Of a DNA stretch of 64,000 nucleotides, positions 15,741 to 27,616 are shown piece after piece. The notes under the pieces are model-generated. The model was not told the origin of the DNA. It saw only the letters and a list, made by a program, of their open reading frames with translations, and did no database searches. The translations under genes were made by a program, and so were the position numbers. This DNA comes from Escherichia coli (lineage in GTDB: Bacteria > Pseudomonadota > Gammaproteobacteria > Enterobacterales > Enterobacteriaceae), in NCBI RefSeq assembly GCF_024298765.1, contig NZ_CP101210.1. One strand, written 5' to 3'. Position 1 is the stretch's first letter. Every line of letters starts with the position of its first letter.

Positions 15741-16640
15741 CACTTTATCGAAATGGCCATCCATTCTTGCGCGGATGGCCTCTGCCAGCTGCTCATAGCG
15801 GCTGCGCAGCGGTGAGCCAGGACGATAAACCAGACCAATGGTACGGCGTGGTTCCGGCTTAATACACGGCAAATAAACAACCCCATCGCGTTTGCGCTCC
15901 GGCGGCACAGCCAGCGCAGGCAGTAAAGTGATCCCGCTACCTGCCGCCACCATGTTGCGCAGAGTTTCCAGGCTGGTCGCGCGGAAGTGTGTATCTTCAT
16001 CCGCCCCGGCTTCAAAACAGAAACCCATTGCCTGATCGCGCAAACAGTGACCGTCTTCCAGCATCAGCAGTTTTTCCCCTGCCAGATCGGCCATCGGTAC
16101 GCATTCGCGGTTCGCCCACGGATGGTCTTCATAGATAGCCAGCAACATTGGCTCATCAAACAACGGCACTTCAATGAATGCTTCGCTCTCTTTCACCAGC
16201 GCGAGGATCACGCAATCGAGTTTGCCGCTGTCCAGTTGCGCCAGTAACTGGTGGGTCTGTGCTTCATGCAGATACATTTCCAGCTTTGGAAAGGTCTGGT
16301 GCAGCATCGGGATAATATGCGGTAGCAGGTACGGTCCAACCGTGGGAATCAGACCAATATGCAGCGGTCCGGACATCGTCTCGCCCTGCTGGCTTGCCAT
16401 CTCTTTAAGGACTTTCACCTCACGCAGCACGGTACGCGCCTGATCCACCAGCAGCATTCCCGCCTGGGTGAATAACACTTTACGGCTGGTCCGCTCCAGC
16501 AACATCACACCCAACTCATCTTCCAGCTTACGAATTTGCCCGCTAAGCGTCGGCTGGCTAACGTGGCAGGAATCTGCCGCACGCCGAAAATGGCGGTGTT
16601 CGGCCAATGCCACCAGGTACTCAAGATCACGAATATTCAT
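15723..16640 (-). CDS. oxyR: LysR-family hydrogen-peroxide sensor/regulator
   Basis: ORF 15723..16685. The ATG at 16640 gives [40 protein letters not shown]..., 305 aa. The redox Cys context EDGHCLRDQ (C199) is present. Confidence 0.96.
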   Translation of the reverse strand: MNIRDLEYLVALAEHRHFRRAADSCHVSQPTLSGQIRKLEDELGVMLLERTSRKVLFTQAGMLLVDQARTVLREVKVLKEMASQQGETMSGPLHIGLIPTVGPYLLPHIIPMLHQTFPKLEMYLHEAQTHQLLAQLDSGKLDCVILALVKESEAFIEVPLFDEPMLLAIYEDHPWANRECVPMADLAGEKLLMLEDGHCLRDQAMGFCFEAGADEDTHFRATSLETLRNMVAAGSGITLLPALAVPPERKRDGVVYLPCIKPEPRRTIGLVYRPGSPLRSRYEQLAEAIRARMDGHFDKVLKQAV

Positions 16641-16660
16641 TATCCATCCTCCATTGCCAC

Positions 16661-16708
16661 GATAGTTCGCGGCGATAGGTAGCATAGCAACGAACGATTA
16701 TCCCTATC
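16661..16708. promoter_or_regulatory. OxyR operator in the divergent oxyR/oxyS promoter region
   Basis: gatagttcgcggcgataggtagcatagcaacgaacgattatccctatc carries repeated ATAG/CTAT elements at helical spacing, in the known location between oxyR and oxyS. Confidence 0.7.
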
Positions 16709-16735
16709 AAGCATTCTGACTGATAATTGCTCACA

Positions 16736-16848
16736 GAAACGGAGCGGCACCTCTTTTAACCCTTGAAGTCACTGCCCGTTTCGAGAGTTTCTCAACTCGA
16801 ATAACTAAAGCCAACGTGAACTTTTGCGGATCTCCAGGATCCGCTTTT
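16736..16848 (+). ncRNA. oxyS: OxyS oxidative-stress small RNA
   Basis: Sequence is GAAACGGAGCGGCACCTCTTTTAACCCTTGAAGTCACTGCCCGTTTCGAGAGTTTCTCAACTCGAATAACTAAAGCCAACGTGAACTTTTGCGGATCTCCAGGATCCGC followed by a T-run. It matches OxyS as I recall it and ends in a terminator hairpin gcggatc-tccag-gatccgc. Confidence 0.92.
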
Positions 16849-16891
16849 TTTTATTCTACAGGCCCACAGCAAGAGAGCCTGATAGTAACGG

Positions 16892-18175
16892 TTACTCAAT
16901 CCGATCTTTGACAATAAAGAAGTAACACAGCGCCCCGGTGAACGTCACACAGGCCGCGATAACCAGCGCCAGATTAAACGAGTGTGTGGTATCCACGACC
17001 CAACCGGTTACGATCGGAGCAAAGGAAGCAAAAACAAAACTGCCAAAGTTTTGAATCCCGGCGATGGAAGCCACTTTTGTTTCTGACACCATCACCTGCA
17101 CCAGCCCCCATGCAGATGTTCCCGCGAAATGCACGCAGAACAGCGCCATTGAGATAAACGCTACCGCCTGGGCTGGCGAGGAAGATTGCACGACCAGCAA
17201 CGTGCCTAATGCCGACATCATCAAACCGCAGACAATCGCCGTTTTACGCGTCTTCGCCAGGTCATAGCCTTTTTTCGCCAGCCGATCGACAACAATACCG
17301 TTAACCCACATCCCGACCGCCGCCGCGAGGAAAGGAATTGCCGCCACCCAACCGGTTTTCGCCAGACTGAAACCTTGTTCGGCCTGCAAATAACCGGGTA
17401 ACCACGCGATGTAGAGCCAACCGGTATAATTGACGCCAGAGAAACCTAAAATCATCCCCCAGGTTGTCCGATGCTTAAACAGCGCCAGCCACTCGCTAAA
17501 TTGTAACTGTGGACGCGGTTTAACCGGCGCGGAGAGATATGTCCGTTCTTCCTCGGTCAGGACAAACTGCGCCCGGTTGCGATACCACGCGTACCAACAG
17601 ATCCCAACCAGAATCCCTGCTACGCCGATGATGACAAACATCGTCCGCCAGCCCCATGCCAGTTGCATCAATACAAGAGCAGGAGGCGCGATAGCCTGAC
17701 CGATAACGGTAGATGAGTTAAAAATCCCCAGCGCCGTGCCGCGTTCTTTTTGCGCATACCAGTCGGTGATCGACTTTACTCCCGCAGGCATAAATGGCGC
17801 TTCGCCAATACCCAGACCGATACGCATTAAAATAAAGTGGCTAAAAGAATTAACCATTCCTGTTAATGCCTGCATTAATGACCAGAATATTAAGCCTGCG
17901 CCTAACACTATTCGTGGGCCAAAGCGGTCTAGCAAAATACCGGAAGGAAGTTGTGAAAAACCATAAGACAGAGAAAATGCAGAAAGCAAAACACCAAACT
18001 CGGTAGCGGATAATCCTAACTCGCCACGAATTGCTTCACCTGCCACGCTCAATGACGAACGGTCGAGAAAATTAACGATCCCCGCCATAAATAATAAAAC
18101 CAGGGTCACTGTCTGAATACGACGAATCCGTTGCGGTTTATTACCCGCAACACTGGTTGACACATCAACGTCCAT
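16892..18175 (-). CDS. MFS transporter, anion:cation symporter (hexuronate/aldonate/glucarate-type) family
   Basis: 427-aa ORF with about 12 hydrophobic segments and MFS motifs (GILLDRFGPR, IGLGIGEAPFMPA). RBS aaggag lies 6 nt upstream of the ATG. It has no K-12 counterpart at this locus. Confidence 0.85.
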   Translation of the reverse strand: MDVDVSTSVAGNKPQRIRRIQTVTLVLLFMAGIVNFLDRSSLSVAGEAIRGELGLSATEFGVLLSAFSLSYGFSQLPSGILLDRFGPRIVLGAGLIFWSLMQALTGMVNSFSHFILMRIGLGIGEAPFMPAGVKSITDWYAQKERGTALGIFNSSTVIGQAIAPPALVLMQLAWGWRTMFVIIGVAGILVGICWYAWYRNRAQFVLTEEERTYLSAPVKPRPQLQFSEWLALFKHRTTWGMILGFSGVNYTGWLYIAWLPGYLQAEQGFSLAKTGWVAAIPFLAAAVGMWVNGIVVDRLAKKGYDLAKTRKTAIVCGLMMSALGTLLVVQSSSPAQAVAFISMALFCVHFAGTSAWGLVQVMVSETKVASIAGIQNFGSFVFASFAPIVTGWVVDTTHSFNLALVIAACVTFTGALCYFFIVKDRIE

Positions 18176-18241
18176 TTTTAGCTCCTTGAGCGGAATTAAT
18201 CGATTTGATGAATATTCAGAAAATAATTAAGCGAACCGCTA

Positions 18242-19456
18242 TTACCAGTTCCACAATGTGCCATCTTCCAGTCGTGCGACGGGGAGATACGCCGGGTCAT
18301 ACGGATATTTCGCCGCCAGTTTCTCATCGAAAGAAATACCCAGCCCCGGTTCATCGCCTGGGTGCATATAACCTTCATCGAAGCGCCAGCTATGCGGGAA
18401 GACTTCAAGCATTTGTTCGGAATAGCCCATGTACTCCTGAACGCCAAAGTTTGGCACCCAGAGGTCAAAATGCAGCGCCGCCGCATGGCAAACAGGCGAT
18501 AAATCTGAAGGGCCATGCGAACCGGTACGTACCTGATAAAGCGATGCAAAATCGGCAATCCGTCGCATCCCGGTAATGCCGCCTGCATGGGTAATCGTCG
18601 TGCGAATATAGTCAATCAGCTGCTCTTCGATTAACTGCTTGCAGTCCCAGATACTGTTAAACACTTCACCGACCGCAATCGGCGTCACGGTATGCTGACG
18701 AATCAGACGAAAACATTCCTGATTCTCGGCAGGCGTCGGATCTTCCATCCAGAACAGGCGGTAATCTTCAATGCTCTTCCCAAAGCGCGCCGCTTCGATG
18801 GGGGTCAGGCGATGGTGCATGTCATGCAACAGATGTTCGTTAAAACCGAACTTATTACGCACCGCTTCAAATAACTTCGGCGTAAAATCGAGATACTTTT
18901 CTGAAGACCACAACTGCTCTTCTGGCCACAGGCCTTTGGTTGCTGGTTCATACGCCAGTCCTTTGCCCTTCGCCAGACCATAGGTGGTTTGCATACCCGG
19001 TACACCACACTGCACACGAATCGCCTTAAAGCCCATCTGCTGGTGCTTTGCATAGTCTTCAAGGACTTCATCAATCGTACGCCCGGTGGTGTGGCAATAA
19101 ACCATAACGCCTTCACGAGAAGCACCACCAAGCAGTTGATACAATGGCATATTTGCCGCTTTTGCTTTGATATCCCACAACGCCATATCAATGGCAGAAA
19201 TGGCTGACATCGTGACGGGGCCACGTCGCCAGTAAGCACCTTTATAAAAGAATTGCCAGATATCTTCGATACGGCTGGCATCGCGGCCAATTAGTTGTGG
19301 ACAAAGATGATCTTTCAGATAAGAAGCGACCGACAATTCGCGACCATTTAACGTGGCATCTCCTAATCCACAAAGTCCGCTTGCAGTGGTTATTTTAAGC
19401 GTAACGAAATTACGCCCTGGGCAAGTAACAAAAACATCTGCAGCAATAATTTTCAT
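18242..19456 (-). CDS. enolase-superfamily dehydratase, D-mannonate dehydratase (ManD)/RspA-like
   Basis: ORF 18242..19516. The ATG at 19456, preceded by aggag, gives [47 protein letters not shown]..., 404 aa. It is near-colinear with, and highly similar to, E. coli RspA as I recall it. The upstream 20 codons lack support. Confidence 0.88.
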   Translation of the reverse strand: MKIIAADVFVTCPGRNFVTLKITTASGLCGLGDATLNGRELSVASYLKDHLCPQLIGRDASRIEDIWQFFYKGAYWRRGPVTMSAISAIDMALWDIKAKAANMPLYQLLGGASREGVMVYCHTTGRTIDEVLEDYAKHQQMGFKAIRVQCGVPGMQTTYGLAKGKGLAYEPATKGLWPEEQLWSSEKYLDFTPKLFEAVRNKFGFNEHLLHDMHHRLTPIEAARFGKSIEDYRLFWMEDPTPAENQECFRLIRQHTVTPIAVGEVFNSIWDCKQLIEEQLIDYIRTTITHAGGITGMRRIADFASLYQVRTGSHGPSDLSPVCHAAALHFDLWVPNFGVQEYMGYSEQMLEVFPHSWRFDEGYMHPGDEPGLGISFDEKLAAKYPYDPAYLPVARLEDGTLWNW

Positions 19457-19859
19457 TATTGCAATCTCCTGTGTTGTAAATAGACGTTTCAAACTTAATT
19501 TTGCGCCTACTACCATACAAGAGAGAAAGAGCGATTATTCAACCATGATCACATTAAAAATAAAAATTTCTACCGAGGAGAAAAAACACCCTCAAAAACC
19601 ACCTGAATAATTAGCTATCATCGTTAAAACAACACGTTAAATAATCACATAACAAACTCCATTAATCATTAAAAATGAACACAGCAATAGAAATGAATTA
19701 TATTCAATTAATTAAAGTATGTATTGGCTGATGTATTGAAAATATAATTTTTATGGGGAGAGTGAAGGTAAAGAAGACGCAAGAATAAAAAGGAATGTGA
19801 CAAATAATGGTTCTGGTTGGGCGTTAAATTTAAGGTCACCAGAATACTGACAAATTTCT

Positions 19860-19918
19860 GCCTGATGCGGCGTAAACGCCTTATCCGCCTACGAAGTGTC
19901 GCACTTTGTAGGCGTGGT
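19860..19918. repeat. REP (repetitive extragenic palindrome) element(s)
   Basis: gcctgatgcggcgtaaacgccttatccgcctac followed by ...tgtaggcg. This is the typical REP consensus (GCCTGATGCG...CTTATC...CCTAC). Confidence 0.8.
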
Positions 19919-19920
19919 AA

Positions 19921-19941
19921 GCTCCCCATTTTCAGGGGAGC
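19921..19941 (-). terminator. argH terminator hairpin
   Basis: The minus strand reads gctcccctgaaaatggggagc, lying 13 nt after the argH stop. Confidence 0.6.
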
Positions 19942-19953
19942 AATATAAACAAA

Positions 19954-21327
19954 CTACTCTAACCGAGCTTGCGCAAAAGCAATCGCCTGCGCCACCTGCT
20001 GCGGTGAGACGCCGCCTTTTGCAGCACGCTTGTCGAGGCACGATTGCAGCGACAGAATCGGATAGACATCTTCGCCAATCACCTGGCTGAATTTCTGCAA
20101 CTCACTGAGCGGCAGATCTTCCAACGCTTTGCCCTGACGAATGGCTTCCACCACAGCTTCACCCACAATATGGTGCGCCTCGCGGAACGGTACGCCTTTC
20201 GCCACCAGATAATCCGCCAGTTCAGTAGCGTTGGCGTAACCCTGCTGCGCCGCTTCCTGGCAACGCGGACGTTTCACCTGAATGCCGTCCAGCACCAGCG
20301 CCGCCATATGCAGGCAGTCCAGCCAGGTATCGAGCGCGTCGAACAGACCTTCTTTGTCTTCCTGCATATCTTTGTTGTAAGCCAGCGGCAAACCTTTCAG
20401 CGTCATCATCATGCCGGTTAACGCCCCCTGCACCCGACCGCATTTACCGCGAATCAGCTCCAGCGCATCCGGGTTTTTCTTCTGCGGCATTAATGATGAA
20501 CCGGAAGTCACACGGTCAGAAAGCTCCACAAACCCCGCTTCGCCGGTGTTAAAGAAAATCAGATCTTCAGCAAAACGCGACAGATGCACCATGCCGATAG
20601 CGGCAGCAGAAAGCAGTTCCAACACATGGTCACGGTCAGAAACGCTGTCGAGACTGTTACGGGTCGCCGAAGCAAAGCCCAGCCAGCCTGCTAACTGTTC
20701 ACGGTCGATTTCATAGGCCGTTCCTGCCAGTGCGCCACAGCCTAGCGGGCTGACATCCAGACGCTTAAGCGCGTCCTGCAAACGGCTTTCATCACGCGCC
20801 AGCATCTCAACGTAGGCCAGGCACCAGTGAGCGAACGTCACCGGCTGGGCGCGTTGCAGGTGAGTGTAACCCGGCATCACCGCGTCCTGATTGTTCTGCG
20901 CGGTCTCGACCAGAGCGGATTGTAACTGCCGGTTAGCCGTCAGCAACTCGCTAACGGTATCTTTGCACCACAGTTTCAGGTCAGTTGCTACCTGATCATT
21001 ACGGCTACGCCCGGTATGCAGTTTTTTGCCTAACTGACCCACTTTGTCGATCAGTTTGCCTTCCACCCAGCTATGGATATCTTCGGCGTCGCTTTCAAGG
21101 ATTTGTTGTGGCCTGGCGCGAACATCTTCCAGCAGCACGTTCAGCGCCTCTTCCAGTTGCGCCTGCTCTTCTGCGGTTAACACGCCGACCGTTACCAGGG
21201 CTTTGGACCAGGCCACAGAGCCAACAATATCCTGCTCCGCCAGACGGTAATCAAAGCGCAGTGAGTCGTTGAATTGTTTGAACCGTTGATCTGCTGCCTG
21301 GGTAAAACGCCCGCCCCAAAGTGCCAT
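19954..21327 (-). CDS. argH: argininosuccinate lyase
   Basis: 457-aa ORF starting [37 protein letters not shown]..., with the fumarate-lyase signature [12 protein letters not shown]. Confidence 0.97.
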
Positions 21328-21387
21328 AACTCTGTTTCCTTATTTTGAAATTCAATGCCGGAAAGCTGCGCCTCCGGCCAACAAAAC

Positions 21388-22164
21388 TTAAGCTAAAATC
21401 CGCGTACCCATCGGCATACCGTTAAACAGTGCCGGAAGCTGTTCCGCATGACGCCAGGAGGCGATATCTACCGGACGGCCCAACGTGCGCGCAGCATCCA
21501 GCGCCGCGTTCACTTTCACAATCATGCCGTCAGTAATAATGCCCTGCTCAATCAGTTGTTCTGCTTTCGCGGCGGTCATTTCGGCAATACGTTGCCCTTT
21601 GCCGTCGAGAATGCCGCTGACGTCAGAGAGCAAAATCAGATCCGCGCCCAGCGTTGCCGCCAGCGCCGTCGCCGCCTGGTCGGCATTGACATTCATCAGT
21701 TGCCCTTCGTCTGTTACGCCAATGGAGCTGACCACCGGCAGATAACCGTTCTCCAGCAAACTGTTGATAAGCTTAGGCGAACCTGGCTGCGCCAGTCCAA
21801 CATGGCCTAACTCTTCATCAAGCTGGGTCACTTTGACGCTGTCGCCGTCACCGAGAAACAAACCTACGGCCGCAATCTGATGTTTCTTCGCCCATGCCAG
21901 CAGGGTTTTATTTGCCGTTCCCGCCAGTGCTCCGGTGATAATGTCTATCTGATCCGCAGGCGTCACCCGCAGGCCATTTTTCTTTTTCACCGGCAGATTC
22001 AGCCCTTTCATCAGCTCATCCACCACGCAACCGCCGCCGTGCACAATCACCAGCGGACGCTGATGTGACTCGCGATAATTCACCAGTGCGCTAAACAGAC
22101 GTTCCAGCGCCTCTTCACTATCCAGCAGTACGCCACCCAGTTTGATAATTAATGGATTCATCAT
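21388..22164 (-). CDS. argB: acetylglutamate kinase
   Basis: ORF 21388..22197. The ATG at 22164 gives [24 protein letters not shown]..., 258 aa. Confidence 0.95.
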
Positions 22165-22171
22165 TGCACCC

Positions 22172-23176
22172 TTAAATAAGAGACTGCGTTTCCGCATAGC
22201 CGAAACGAATATTGGCGCACTGCACCGCTTGTGCCGCCGCGCCTTTCAGTAAGTTGTCTTCGGTCGCCACAATAATCAGATGCTCGCCCTGAACGGCAAA
22301 ACCGATATCGCAGAATGGCAGTCCAACGACATTTTTCAGCGCCGGAACGCCTTTGTCATACAGCCGCACCAGTGGTTTATGGGCATACGCCTGCTGTAAC
22401 GCTTGCGCCACTTGCACCTGGCTCACACCCGGTTTCAGGCGGCAGGTAATGGTTTCGAGAATGCCGCGCGGGAAATTGCCCAGATGCGGGGTGAAGATAA
22501 CGTCAGCACCGAGGTGTGTGGCGATCTCTGGTTGATGGCGATGGGTAAAGACGCCATACGGTTGCAGGCTAACTTCACAAAAACTATTTGAAATCGCTGC
22601 CTTACGTCCTGCACCGCTCACGCCGCTGGTGGCGTTGATCACCGGCCACTGATTGAGGTCAAGAAGATCGGCATCAATCAACGGTTTCAGCGCCAGCTGT
22701 GCTGCCGTCGGATAACAGCCTGGCACGGCAATCAAGTTCGCTTCTTTTAATTTATTACCGCACCACTCCGCCAGACCGTAGGCTGCCTGTTCCAGCAGTT
22801 CCGGGTATTGATGGGTAAAGCCGTAATATTTTTCATAGAAGGCGACATCGTTAACACGAAACGCGCCGGAAAGGTCGAACACCACACAGCCTGCTTCAAG
22901 AAATTGCGGCGCTAAATCGTGGCTGACTTCATGGGCGGTGGCGAGAAACACCACGTCCACCCCTGGGCTAAACTCGCTGATATCCGACATCGGCTGCAAC
23001 GGCAGATCAACGATGCCTTTTAGCTGCGGATGCAAATCGGAGATTAACTTTCCCGCATCATTGCTTTGCGCTGAAACAGTCAAAGCGGTTATGTTCATAT
23101 GCGGATGGCGATTTACATAGGTCACTAGCTCTGCGCCAGCGTAGCCGCTGGCACCCACAATCAGCGTATTCAACAT
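22172..23176 (-). CDS. argC: N-acetyl-gamma-glutamyl-phosphate reductase
   Basis: 334-aa ORF starting [21 protein letters not shown]..., with active-site context [10 protein letters not shown]. Confidence 0.96.
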
Positions 23177-23265
23177 CGGGGCTATTCACCTTCTTATGTC
23201 TGGTTGCCAGGTTAAACGTAAAACATTCACCTTACGGCTGGTGGGTTTTATTACGCTCAACGTTA

Positions 23266-23305
23266 GTGTATTTTTATTCATAAATACTGCATGAATATTG
23301 ATACT
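23266..23305. promoter_or_regulatory. ArgR operator (ARG boxes) in the divergent argE/argCBH control region
   Basis: gtgtatttttattcataaatactgcatgaatattgatac contains two adjacent imperfect TGAAT/ATTCA-type palindromes, in the 153-bp region between argC and argE. Confidence 0.6.
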
Positions 23306-23329
23306 ATCATGACCAGAGGTGTGTCAACA

Positions 23330-24481
23330 ATGAAAAACAAATTACCGCCATTTATCGAGATTTACCGTGCTCTGATTGCCACACCTTCAATAAGCGCCAC
23401 GGAAGAGGCACTCGATCAAAGCAATGCAGATTTAATCACTCTGCTGGCGGACTGGTTTAAGGATTTAGGCTTCAATGTGGAAGTACAGCCTGTGCCAGGA
23501 ACTCGCAACAAATTTAATATGCTGGCCAGTTGCGGACAGGGGGCTGGCGGTTTGTTGCTGGCGGGGCATACCGATACGGTGCCATTTGATGACGGACGCT
23601 GGACGCGCGATCCATTTACGTTGACGGAGCATGACGGCAAGCTTTACGGCTTAGGCACCGCCGACATGAAAGGCTTTTTTGCGTTTATCCTTGATGCGCT
23701 ACGCGATGTCGACGTCACGAAACTGAAAAAACCGCTCTACATTCTGGCGACTGCCGATGAAGAAACCAGTATGGCCGGAGCGCGTTATTTTGCCGAAACT
23801 ACCGCCCTGCGCCCGGATTGCGCCATCATTGGCGAACCGACGTCACTACAACCGGTACGCGCACATAAAGGTCATATCTCTAACGCCATCCGTATTCAGG
23901 GCCAGTCGGGGCACTCCAGCGATCCAGCACGCGGAGTTAACGCTATCGAACTAATGCACGACGCCATCGGGCATATTTTGCAATTGCGCGATAACCTGAA
24001 AGAACGTTATCACTACGAAGCGTTTACCGTGCCATACCCCACGCTCAACCTCGGGCATATTCACGGTGGCGACGCTTCTAACCGTATTTGTGCTTGCTGT
24101 GAGTTGCATATGGATATTCGTCCGCTGCCGGGCATGACACTCAATGAACTTAATGGCCTACTCAACGATGCGCTGGCTCCGGTGAGCGAACGCTGGCCGG
24201 GTCGTCTGACGGTCGACGAGCTGCATCCGCCGATCCCTGGCTATGAATGCCCGCCAAATCATCAACTGGTTGAAGTAGTTGAGAAATTGCTCGGAGCAAA
24301 GACCGAAGTGGTGAATTACTGTACCGAAGCGCCGTTTATTCAAACGTTATGCCCGACGCTGGTTCTGGGGCCTGGCTCAATTAATCAGGCTCATCAGCCT
24401 GATGAATATCTGGAGACGCGGTTTATCAAGCCCACCCGTGAGCTGATAACCCAGGTGATTCACCATTTTTGCTGGCATTAA
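23330..24481 (+). CDS. argE: acetylornithine deacetylase
   Basis: ORF 23291..24481. The ATG at 23330 gives [32 protein letters not shown]..., 383 aa. M20 peptidase motifs are present ([13 protein letters not shown]). Confidence 0.95.
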   Translation: MKNKLPPFIEIYRALIATPSISATEEALDQSNADLITLLADWFKDLGFNVEVQPVPGTRNKFNMLASCGQGAGGLLLAGHTDTVPFDDGRWTRDPFTLTEHDGKLYGLGTADMKGFFAFILDALRDVDVTKLKKPLYILATADEETSMAGARYFAETTALRPDCAIIGEPTSLQPVRAHKGHISNAIRIQGQSGHSSDPARGVNAIELMHDAIGHILQLRDNLKERYHYEAFTVPYPTLNLGHIHGGDASNRICACCELHMDIRPLPGMTLNELNGLLNDALAPVSERWPGRLTVDELHPPIPGYECPPNHQLVEVVEKLLGAKTEVVNYCTEAPFIQTLCPTLVLGPGSINQAHQPDEYLETRFIKPTRELITQVIHHFCWH

Positions 24482-24484
24482 AAC

Positions 24485-24534
24485 GTAGGCCAAACAATGT
24501 CGGATGCGATGCTTACGCATCTTATCCGACCTAC
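24485..24534. repeat. REP element
   Basis: gtaggccaaacaatgtcggatgcgatgcttacgcatcttatccgacctac. Confidence 0.75.
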
Positions 24535-24782
24535 ACCTTTGGTGTTACTCGAGGCGATTTTTTAACATTCCCATAAGTTACGCTTATTTAAAGCGTCGTG
24601 AATTTAATGGCGTAAATTCCTGCTATTTATTCGTTTGCTGAAGCGATTTCGCAGCATTTGACGTCACCGCTTTTACGTGGCTTTATAAAAGACGACGAAA
24701 AGCAAAGCCCGAGCATATTCGCGCCAATGCGACGTGAAGGATACAGGGCTATCAAACGATAAGATGGGGTGTCTGGGGTAAT

Positions 24783-27434
24783 ATGAACGAACAATATTCC
24801 GCATTGCGTAGTAATGTCAGTATGCTCGGCAAAGTGCTGGGAGAAACCATCAAGGATGCGTTAGGAGAACACATTCTTGAACGCGTAGAAACTATCCGTA
24901 AGTTGTCCAAATCTTCACGCGCTGGCAATGATGCTAACCGCCAGGAGTTGCTCACCACCTTACAAAATTTGTCGAACGACGAGCTGCTGCCCGTTGCGCG
25001 TGCGTTTAGTCAGTTTCTGAACCTGGCCAACACCGCCGAGCAATACCACAGCATTTCGCCGAAAGGCGAAGCTGCCAGCAACCCGGAAGTGATCGCCCGC
25101 ACCCTGCGTAAACTGAAAAACCAGCCGGAACTGAGCGAAGACACCATCAAAAAAGCAGTGGAATCGCTGTCGCTGGAACTGGTCCTCACGGCTCACCCAA
25201 CCGAAATTACCCGTCGTACACTGATCCACAAAATGGTGGAAGTGAACGCCTGCTTAAAACAGCTCGATAACAAAGATATCGCCGACTACGAACATAACCA
25301 GCTGATGCGCCGCCTGCGCCAGTTGATCGCCCAGTCATGGCATACAGATGAAATCCGTAAGCTGCGTCCAAGCCCGGTAGATGAAGCCAAATGGGGCTTT
25401 GCCGTAGTAGAAAACAGCCTGTGGCAAGGCGTACCGAATTACCTGCGCGAACTGAACGAACAACTGGAAGAGAACCTCGGCTACAAACTGCCCGTCGAAT
25501 TTGTTCCGGTACGTTTTACCTCGTGGATGGGCGGTGACCGCGACGGCAACCCGAACGTCACTGCCGATATCACCCGCCACGTCCTGCTACTCAGCCGCTG
25601 GAAAGCCACCGATTTGTTCCTGAAAGATATTCAGGTGCTGGTTTCTGAACTGTCGATGGTTGAAGCGACCCCTGAACTGCTGGCGCTGGTTGGCGAAGAA
25701 GGTGCCGCAGAGCCGTATCGCTATCTGATGAAAAACCTGCGCTCTCGCCTGATGGCGACACAGGCATGGCTGGAAGCGCGCCTGAAAGGCGAAGAACTGC
25801 CAAAACCAGAAGGCCTGCTGACACAAAACGAAGAACTGTGGGAACCACTCTACGCTTGCTACCAGTCACTTCAGGCGTGTGGCATGGGTATTATCGCCAA
25901 CGGCGATCTGCTCGACACCCTGCGCCGCGTGAAATGTTTCGGCGTACCGCTGGTCCGTATTGATATCCGTCAGGAGAGCACCCGCCATACCGAAGCGCTG
26001 GGCGAGCTGACCCGCTACCTCGGTATCGGCGACTACGAAAGCTGGTCAGAGGCCGACAAACAGGCGTTCCTGATCCGCGAACTGAACTCCAAACGTCCGC
26101 TTCTGCCGCGCAACTGGCAACCAAGCGCCGAAACGCGCGAAGTGCTCGATACCTGCCAGGTGATTGCCGAAGCGCCGCAAGGCTCCATTGCCGCCTACGT
26201 GATCTCGATGGCGAAAACGCCGTCCGACGTGCTGGCTGTCCACCTGCTGCTGAAAGAAGCGGGTATCGGGTTTGCGATGCCGGTTGCTCCGCTGTTTGAA
26301 ACCCTCGATGACCTGAACAACGCCAACGATGTCATGACTCAGCTACTGAATATCGACTGGTATCGCGGCCTGATTCAGGGCAAACAGATGGTGATGATTG
26401 GCTATTCCGACTCAGCAAAAGATGCGGGCGTGATGGCAGCTTCCTGGGCGCAATATCAGGCACAGGATGCATTAATCAAAACCTGCGAAAAAGCGGGTAT
26501 TGAGCTGACGTTGTTCCACGGTCGCGGCGGTTCCATTGGTCGCGGCGGCGCACCTGCTCATGCGGCGCTGCTGTCACAACCGCCAGGAAGCCTGAAAGGT
26601 GGCCTGCGCGTGACTGAACAGGGCGAGATGATCCGCTTTAAATATGGTCTGCCAGAAATCACCGTCAGCAGCCTGTCGCTGTACACCGGGGCGATTCTGG
26701 AAGCCAACCTGCTGCCACCACCTGAGCCGAAAGAGAGCTGGCGTCGCATTATGGATGAACTGTCAGTCATCTCCTGCGATCTCTACCGTGGCTACGTACG
26801 TGAAAACAAAGATTTTGTGCCTTACTTCCGCTCCGCTACGCCGGAACAAGAACTGGGCAAACTGCCGTTGGGTTCACGTCCGGCGAAACGTCGCCCAACC
26901 GGCGGCGTCGAGTCACTACGCGCCATTCCGTGGATCTTCGCCTGGACGCAAAACCGCCTGATGCTCCCCGCCTGGCTGGGTGCAGGTACGGCGCTGCAAA
27001 AAGTGGTCGAAGATGGCAAACAGAGCGAGCTGGAGGCTATGTGCCGCGATTGGCCATTCTTCTCGACGCGTCTCGGCATGCTGGAGATGGTCTTCGCCAA
27101 AGCAGACCTGTGGCTGGCGGAATACTATGATCAACGTCTGGTAGACAAAGCACTGTGGCCGTTAGGTAAAGAGTTACGCAATCTGCAAGAAGAAGACATC
27201 AAAGTGGTGCTGGCGATTGCCAACGATTCCCATCTGATGGCCGATCTGCCGTGGATTGCAGAGTCTATTCAGCTACGGAATATTTACACCGACCCGCTGA
27301 ACGTATTGCAGGCCGAGTTGCTGCACCGCTCCCGCCAGGCAGAAAAAGAAGGCCATGAGCCGGATCCTCGCGTCGAGCAGGCGTTAATGGTCACTATTGC
27401 CGGGATTGCGGCAGGTATGCGTAATACCGGCTAA
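24783..27434 (+). CDS. ppc: phosphoenolpyruvate carboxylase
   Basis: 883-aa ORF starting [30 protein letters not shown]... and ending ...GMRNTG. Signatures VLTAHPTE and [10 protein letters not shown] are present. Confidence 0.98.
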   Translation: MNEQYSALRSNVSMLGKVLGETIKDALGEHILERVETIRKLSKSSRAGNDANRQELLTTLQNLSNDELLPVARAFSQFLNLANTAEQYHSISPKGEAASNPEVIARTLRKLKNQPELSEDTIKKAVESLSLELVLTAHPTEITRRTLIHKMVEVNACLKQLDNKDIADYEHNQLMRRLRQLIAQSWHTDEIRKLRPSPVDEAKWGFAVVENSLWQGVPNYLRELNEQLEENLGYKLPVEFVPVRFTSWMGGDRDGNPNVTADITRHVLLLSRWKATDLFLKDIQVLVSELSMVEATPELLALVGEEGAAEPYRYLMKNLRSRLMATQAWLEARLKGEELPKPEGLLTQNEELWEPLYACYQSLQACGMGIIANGDLLDTLRRVKCFGVPLVRIDIRQESTRHTEALGELTRYLGIGDYESWSEADKQAFLIRELNSKRPLLPRNWQPSAETREVLDTCQVIAEAPQGSIAAYVISMAKTPSDVLAVHLLLKEAGIGFAMPVAPLFETLDDLNNANDVMTQLLNIDWYRGLIQGKQMVMIGYSDSAKDAGVMAASWAQYQAQDALIKTCEKAGIELTLFHGRGGSIGRGGAPAHAALLSQPPGSLKGGLRVTEQGEMIRFKYGLPEITVSSLSLYTGAILEANLLPPPEPKESWRRIMDELSVISCDLYRGYVRENKDFVPYFRSATPEQELGKLPLGSRPAKRRPTGGVESLRAIPWIFAWTQNRLMLPAWLGAGTALQKVVEDGKQSELEAMCRDWPFFSTRLGMLEMVFAKADLWLAEYYDQRLVDKALWPLGKELRNLQEEDIKVVLAIANDSHLMADLPWIAESIQLRNIYTDPLNVLQAELLHRSRQAEKEGHEPDPRVEQALMVTIAGIAAGMRNTG

Positions 27435-27451
27435 TCTTCCTCTCCTGCAAA

Positions 27452-27477
27452 CCCTCGTGCTTTTGCGCGAGGGTTTT
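27452..27477 (+). terminator. ppc intrinsic terminator
   Basis: ccctcgtgc-tttt-gcgcgaggg followed by tttt. Confidence 0.75.
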
Positions 27478-27616
27478 CTGAAATACTTCTGTTCTAACAC
27501 CCTCGTTTTCAATATATTTCTGTCTGCATTTTATTCAAATTCTGGATATCCCTTCAGATATCCTTAAGGAATTGTCGGTACATTCGGCGATATTTTTTTC
27601 AAGACAGGTTCTTACT

